Positions 26,940-32,000 of a DNA stretch of 32,000 nucleotides are shown piece by piece. Where the stretch lies: assembly GCF_000014265.1 (NCBI RefSeq), contig NC_008312.1:2160001-2192000 (forward strand). The letters run 5' to 3'. The stretch comes from Trichodesmium erythraeum IMS101. Lineage in GTDB: Bacteria; Cyanobacteriota; Cyanobacteriia; Cyanobacteriales; Microcoleaceae. The notes under the pieces are model-generated. The model worked only from the letters and a program-made list of their open reading frames with translations. It searched no databases and had not been told where the DNA came from. The translations under genes and the position numbers were made by a program. How positions within the stretch are numbered: the stretch's first letter is position 1; the number at the start of each line of letters is the position of its first letter.

Positions 26940-28489
26940 CTGTGTGAGCGCCTTCTAACACAACTCAAAGAATTACAAGAAAAAAACAATCCCTAAAAGA
27001 CGAAAACAACTTTCTGAAGTGAGAACAACAACAGCCCATTTTCAAAGTTAAAACACCTTGAAGATTTTCTCACAACTATTGAGTACAAAAAGAACGAAAG
27101 CTACCTCAAAACCATTTATCGAGTACTAAAAAATCTCAGCTCAAAATAGATAGAGAACAAATACTAGAGTATTTGATGGAATTACTGCCTATTGATGCAC
27201 AGTTTAAAGATTTAGTTGAAGTAATCATTCAAGATCTTACCAACAGAACAGATAAGGTATTATTCCTTAAAAAGAAATACTACTGACCTCAAAAGGGAAA
27301 AACCCCTAATGGCAAAATTACCACCAGGTAGGCTATCAGAATTTGCTCCTCGAATAAAAAGTTTAATCTAAGGTTTGTACTATGGGGGAAATATGACCCA
27401 AGACCAACTATTAGATTTTCGGAGGGCGGTTTTGGGCATCTCTATATCACCGGGGAAGGGAGTCAATTTTTTTCATCAAAAACCAGTCTTTTTTTGAGAC
27501 TCCAAAAAGCGAAATTTATCATTAAGTAGTTCCTGGCAGCATTTTGACCAAACAGGAGCCGGTATAGGAGCACCCAACTATACTACAAATCTAGTGTGTA
27601 GCCTTCTTTATACCATCTACTTTACTACTCCCAACAAAGAGCAATTAAGTTGACTTCAAAGTTTACGTAAATAGACCAGAACATGAGTTTATTCTCAACT
27701 TTTTTCCGTTCTCACTGTTGGAGACCTTACATCTACCAGATAAATGGCAAAAATCTCTGAAATTATTGCTCCAGTAATGTAATTGAATTCCATAAAGTTT
27801 AATGGGTTACTAGATAGATATTTACCATTATTAGGGTTACTTTTGCCTAAACCTATTTTAGAACTGGCAGGAATAGCTTTTGATCATCAGCTTTCTGACT
27901 CGCAAGTCAGAAAAACTCTCATAAGTGATGATGCGCCTCAGTTTAAGTTACTTTCAGTATAGAGTTTGCTTTGTGTTGGGTACATCAGGAACCACATTAT
28001 CAAAAGTTAACTCCCAAGGTTAATTATCATCAAAAACTCCTCCAACAATTCTTGGATTATTTTTGGTATAATATTAAAAGTTACTAGCCTTTAACAGATG
28101 CTCCCATACTTTCGACTGCCTTAAGACTACCCTCTGAATTTTTAGAACTTTTCACAAATGTGAGTAGGTAATCAGCAGCTTGGTAGAACCAAAACGATTA
28201 ACTGTTACTCTTCATTTGAGAGTTGCTGTTGGTGTTAGAGCATCCCCAATTGCCATTCCATAATAACCAGGTGCAATTAGCTGCTTGAGCTATGTTAGCT
28301 AAAAAGCATATCAGTTATGGAACTCAGACGATGGATGGGACTGCATCTTGGGATACTTTTATGTTCCGGGTTGCTACTACCCGTAAGCTAGGATTAAGCT
28401 TTTTTGAATATGTACACGATCGCATTTCTCAGACCATGAATATTCCTGCTGTGGCAACTATTATTTATGTTCGCGGAGCGTGGCGTTAG
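26940..28489 (+). pseudogene. Heavily decayed transposase-like gene (family not identified)
   Basis: Scattered plus-strand fragments resemble a cyanobacterial transposase family that I cannot name with confidence. They are LLTQLKELQEKNN, WQHFDQTGAGIGAPNYTTNLVC, LISDDAPQFKLL, and the tracked ORF 28292..28489 (GTASWDTFMFRVATTRKLGLSFFEYVHDRIS). There are numerous stops and frameshifts. Confidence 0.4.
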
Positions 28490-28574
28490 CCATATCGCTC
28501 CTTTATTCATTCCTTTGCTTGTTCTTAGCAACTAGAAATCATTGCTTACCCCACCATATTGAGTGGATACTTTT

Positions 28575-28623
28575 TGTCAAAGTAATTACATAATCACTCT
28601 GTTGTTTTGTAATTACTTTGACA
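28575..28623 (+). terminator. Perfect 16-bp inverted repeat hairpin followed by a T-rich run
   Basis: TGTCAAAGTAATTACA (28575-28590) and TGTAATTACTTTGACA (28608-28623) flank a 17-nt loop and are followed by TTTTATTT. The hairpin lies between the transposase relic (+) and the RTX gene (-). It could be a terminator or an element terminus. Confidence 0.45.
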
Positions 28624-28782
28624 TTTTATTTCTGACTTCCCTAAGCATAAATGGTAACTACCACAGAGGGATAAAACTTTGAGAAGTTAGAGAATTGCAG
28701 TGATTTCAACTGCTGTAAAGTTCCTACTATATATGGTGGTGATGAGTAAGTTCTGGGTAAGCTTTTTAATTAAGTCAATGGT

Positions 28783-31536
28783 CTACTTAACAATAGAGAA
28801 ATCAGTTCCTTTTAGGTTCGGTTTCCCTTCCAGAATAGCAAAATTACCGCCACTACCAAAGCCAGCCTCGCTACCATTCTCATTGTAGAACAAATCACCG
28901 GTTTCTTTGCTGTAAACGATAAATGCGTCACTAGTTTCAGCCTCCTCATTGTTAGCAACGGCATCAAATTCAGCGATAACGCTAAAACCTTTACCTAAAG
29001 TGCTTTCTAACTTATCAAAAGTTTTTTGGCTTAAAAGAATAGCATCCTGGCCACTTTTAAAATCAGTTATGGTATCTAGGCCAAAGTCTTCAGGCTTAAA
29101 AGAGCTATTGCTACTAAACTTAAAACGATCTTTACCCTGACCTCCAGTTAAGGTATCATCGTCATTACCTCCCATCAACATGTCATTACCCTTACCCCCA
29201 GTCAGGATGTCATCATCATTACCTCCCATCAACATGTCATTACCCTGACCCCCAGTAAGAGTATCGTTACCATCCAAACCTTTGAGCCGGTTTCGCTTTG
29301 TATTACCAGTAATATTGTTATCTAACTCGTTACCAGTACCATTAATATTGCCCTTACCAATCAATCTCAAATCTACTTCTTCGTCTTTGAGGGTATGGTT
29401 TTTGTTCGACTTGATAGCTTCGGGAGGCTTCTCACCTTGATTATAAAGCACAGAGAATTGATTAGTAGTCTCAGTGGAGAATTGAGCCTGAGCTATATCT
29501 ATGTTGCCATCCTCATTGAAATCTCCCAAAGCAAAATTGTTACTTTGAAGAAAACTTTCACTTTTGGTTTCTAAGGTCTTGGGAGTAGTAGAAAAATTGC
29601 CTTTGCCATTCCCTAAAAATACGGATATTGTTTTAGGGGAGGAATATGGGGAATATGGACCAGGCAAATCTGGGGAATATGGACCAAACGAAAAATTATT
29701 CTTGAACGTTGCTATGTCGAAGTTACCGTCGCCATTAAAATCTCCTACGATGGCATCATCGATCTGCTCTTCCAATTTGACGGTTTTTCCTTCCTTAAAT
29801 TTACCCTTACCTTGACCTAACAACACCTGAATTTTTTGAGATTCGTCAGGATCCATTCCTCCTGTCCGTACCACTAAATCTTGTTTGCCGTCCTTGTTAA
29901 TGTCACCTCCTCCTACAAGGTCAATCAGATTTTCTACTTTAACATCAACAGATTTATCCAATTTGCCGTTTGTCTTGCTCAGGTCAATGCGGATCGAGCT
30001 TTCTCTAGATGTTTCAGTTGAACTGACTGTTATATCGTCTAATCCATCATTGTTGACGTCTTCAATGGAGAGGAAGGGGAAACTATCTTCCTCAAAAGCA
30101 ACTTCTGTATCCAGAGTAAATTTACCTTTACCGTCTCCCAGAAGTAAGGAAATTTTTTGCTTGCTGGGGCCAAGATCAGAATAATCATAATATCCCGAAG
30201 ATCCCGAATATGACAGAATGGCTAGATCGAGGTTGCCATCGCCGTTAAATTCACCTACTCCTACCAGTCCATCATCTTCTAACATAATGCTGGATGTTTT
30301 TAAGGGTTTAAACTTGCCATTTTTCTGCCCCAAGTCTATAGAAATTGTAGTTTTTCCAGAGGAGTAGTTGAAAACGCTCTTCACCCGATCCATCAAACCG
30401 TCACCGTTGAAGTCTCCGAGCGCTACTGGATTAAATTTGGCGTCGAAAGCTGCAAAAGGAGAATTATCAACCGCCTCAAACTTTTGGTTTTTTCTTAATC
30501 GTATCTCGATCTTGCTTGGGGTAGAGAATGAGGATGAGTAATTGCTTAAAGACAAATCATCTAAACCGTCGTTATTAACATCTGCAAAGGATATCAAATC
30601 GGTATTTATGACATTAAGTTGGGTATCGACGGTTAGTTTCCCTGTATCGTCTACCTTTAAAGCCGTAATTTTGCCGAAAGTCTCATTAGTTTTTGTGTTA
30701 TATGCACTGGTAACTGCTACTGCGTCTAGGTTGCCATTTCCGTCGAGTTCTCCTATTTGGATGTCAGTGGGATTACCTAGCAACTCCAGACTTTTGCTAC
30801 GCTTTGGAAATTTGCCTTTTCCATTTCCGAATTCGATGAAGACTGTTGTAATGGGGGATAATGTATCTGGGTCTATAGATCCTTCCAGAACTATGCGGTC
30901 TAATTTTTCATCTTTGTTGAAGTCTCCAAAGGCAAAATAAGCTGGTAGATCTTCGAATTCATAGAAGACTGGAGAGTCTTGGGATGGGATAAATTTTATC
31001 TCCAAAAGTCCCGGGTAGTTGGCGATCGCCTCTGATACAAGTTGATTTTCCCCTATTTGATTTTCCAGTTGAGAAGTTCCACCAAGAGCTATATTTCCCA
31101 CTTTGTCTCTGGATGCAGCTATATTCGCTCCCGTTAACTGCTGGAGGCGGCCTATAAATTCTTCATCTCTGGCAACGCTACAGGCATATAGTTGAATTTC
31201 CTTGACTCCCCATTCCGAGAGTAAGTAGTTGTATTCATCTATGTTGCTAGCTTTAAGCAGCTTGTTGCCAAGATACAAAGTACCAGGCTCGCCGTGACAG
31301 ATAATACTCAGACTTTCTGCATTTGTTTGGGATAGTGCTTCGGAGATTTGAGATATCGCGTCCCTATCTCCATCTAATAAAACTATAGACTTTTGCCCTG
31401 CTATCCCTCTGACTAATTGAGGGTAATGTTCTAGAGATTTATCTATTGCTACTAAAGACTTTTCCGTTCTTACTTCCTTAGTGAATGTTGATATAACTGA
31501 GGAAGCTGTAGCATTATTATTGTGAGCTACTATCAT
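28783..31536 (-). CDS. Large secreted DUF4347 / FG-GAP (VCBS) repeat / RTX calcium-binding repeat protein, probable T1SS substrate
   Basis: 917-aa ORF. The N-terminus is DUF4347-like (LVAIDKSLEHYPQLV...SLSIICHGEPGTLYLGNKLL...IQLYACSVA...GANIAASRDKVGN). There are at least 8 FG-GAP-type units (GDFNGDGNLD, GEFNGDGNLD, GDFNEDGNID, ADVNNDGLDD ...). C-terminal RTX nonapeptides read GLDGNDTLTGGQGNDMLMGGNDDDILTGGKGNDMLMGGNDDDTLTGGQGKDRF. There is no N-terminal signal peptide. Confidence 0.9.
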   Translation of the reverse strand: MIVAHNNNATASSVISTFTKEVRTEKSLVAIDKSLEHYPQLVRGIAGQKSIVLLDGDRDAISQISEALSQTNAESLSIICHGEPGTLYLGNKLLKASNIDEYNYLLSEWGVKEIQLYACSVARDEEFIGRLQQLTGANIAASRDKVGNIALGGTSQLENQIGENQLVSEAIANYPGLLEIKFIPSQDSPVFYEFEDLPAYFAFGDFNKDEKLDRIVLEGSIDPDTLSPITTVFIEFGNGKGKFPKRSKSLELLGNPTDIQIGELDGNGNLDAVAVTSAYNTKTNETFGKITALKVDDTGKLTVDTQLNVINTDLISFADVNNDGLDDLSLSNYSSSFSTPSKIEIRLRKNQKFEAVDNSPFAAFDAKFNPVALGDFNGDGLMDRVKSVFNYSSGKTTISIDLGQKNGKFKPLKTSSIMLEDDGLVGVGEFNGDGNLDLAILSYSGSSGYYDYSDLGPSKQKISLLLGDGKGKFTLDTEVAFEEDSFPFLSIEDVNNDGLDDITVSSTETSRESSIRIDLSKTNGKLDKSVDVKVENLIDLVGGGDINKDGKQDLVVRTGGMDPDESQKIQVLLGQGKGKFKEGKTVKLEEQIDDAIVGDFNGDGNFDIATFKNNFSFGPYSPDLPGPYSPYSSPKTISVFLGNGKGNFSTTPKTLETKSESFLQSNNFALGDFNEDGNIDIAQAQFSTETTNQFSVLYNQGEKPPEAIKSNKNHTLKDEEVDLRLIGKGNINGTGNELDNNITGNTKRNRLKGLDGNDTLTGGQGNDMLMGGNDDDILTGGKGNDMLMGGNDDDTLTGGQGKDRFKFSSNSSFKPEDFGLDTITDFKSGQDAILLSQKTFDKLESTLGKGFSVIAEFDAVANNEEAETSDAFIVYSKETGDLFYNENGSEAGFGSGGNFAILEGKPNLKGTDFSIVK

Positions 31537-31816
31537 TATACACTTAACCTCTAAACTTTATCTCTTTTTTTTTGACTAATTCAATCTAGCATATTTTTTT
31601 GTAGTTAGGGGGTTTTAATAAACTTTAACACTTTCTCATTTTTGGAGTTTAGACTAAATAGTTGTCTAATTTTGTTTCAGATATATTAACGGTCGCAGAA
31701 ACTGAACAAATATCAAAAGAACGACATGAGCATTGACTTAATCAAAAAATATAGGTTAAAAAGTATACTATTAGACCACTTTTCCCATTTATTAAACAAA
31801 TGTCAACAAACCGAAA

Positions 31817-31999
31817 TTATTCTAAACTTGAGTCGTTGAGTATATCACTTACAATGTCTGGGTCATTTTGAGTTAATAGACGGTGCTTAACGGGGTAAAC
31901 CTGATAATCTGCTCCGTCTATTTCTTTTCTCAAGACAGAAATTGTTGTTTTCACAGCCTCATAACCAATCTGAATACTAGACTGCTCAATAATCAACTG
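31817..31999 (-). CDS. 3' end of an unidentified gene running off the window
   Basis: The minus-strand frame is open from the window edge: ...QLIIEQSSIQIGYEAVKTTISVLRKEIDGADYQVYPVKHRLLTQNDPDIVSDILNDSSLE-stop (TAA at 31819-31817). It is not in the ORF track (partial). I did not recognise a family. Confidence 0.3.
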   Translation of the reverse strand, partial: QLIIEQSSIQIGYEAVKTTISVLRKEIDGADYQVYPVKHRLLTQNDPDIVSDILNDSSLE

Positions 32000-32000
32000 T

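Noticed and set aside
28292-28489. 65-aa ORF treated as a stand-alone gene
   Set aside because: It is the terminal fragment of the decayed transposase-like gene at 26940-28489.
28700-30940. Plus-strand ORFs 28700..28888, 28949..29140, 29564..29815, 29885..30184 and 30542..30940
   Set aside because: All lie antisense within, or overlap the 3' end of, the 917-aa FG-GAP/RTX gene. They are shadow ORFs of a repetitive Gly/Asp-rich CDS.
19545-31536. Idea that the HlyD-type protein is the T1SS membrane-fusion partner of the RTX protein
   Set aside because: The two genes are 7 kb apart and separated by pseudogenes, with no ABC exporter or TolC gene between them. The adaptor's lipoyl and beta-barrel motifs look like efflux-pump (RND/ABC MacA/DevB-type) adaptors. 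The link is unsupported.
1-32000. CRISPR array search
   Set aside because: I found no series of 25-40-bp direct repeats with unique spacers. The repeats present are a 2 x 409-bp duplication, 13-bp and 12-bp microsatellite-like tandems, 78-bp coding repeats and MITE copies.

Overview
This is AT-rich cyanobacterial chromosomal DNA. The HIP1 octamer GCGATCGC recurs at least 12 times (e.g. 5878, 7123, 7707, 31022) and psbZ is present. Coding density is low and IS/pseudogene debris is abundant, which resembles Trichodesmium-type genomes (a guess, not verified). The window has three zones. (i) 42-7331 is a six-gene minus-strand cassette. It encodes a PNP-fold nucleosidase fused to a C-terminal adaptor domain, a second protein that opens with a homologous adaptor domain, a MoxR-type AAA+ ATPase, a CoxE-like vWA protein, a Roc-COR GTPase and a truncated second PNP-like ORF. 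This is my main candidate for an uncharacterised NTP-dependent conflict/anti-phage system. (ii) 7.7-16 kb holds mostly housekeeping genes (membrane protein, psbZ, ribH, tRNA-Gly-GCC, Delta9 desaturase, YnbB-like PLP enzyme) plus an IS1-family relic. (iii) 16-32 kb is an accessory, decaying zone. It contains an IS630 relic carrying a nested MITE, an NB-ARC STAND ATPase without sensor repeats, and an orphan HlyD-type adaptor whose coiled coil is expanded by 26-aa repeats. It also contains several transposase and AAA_35-like NTPase pseudogenes, a near-perfect 2 x 409 bp tandem duplication, and a 917-aa DUF4347/FG-GAP/RTX secreted protein. I saw no rRNA and no CRISPR array. All domain calls are by-eye motif recognition; none was verified by a database search.
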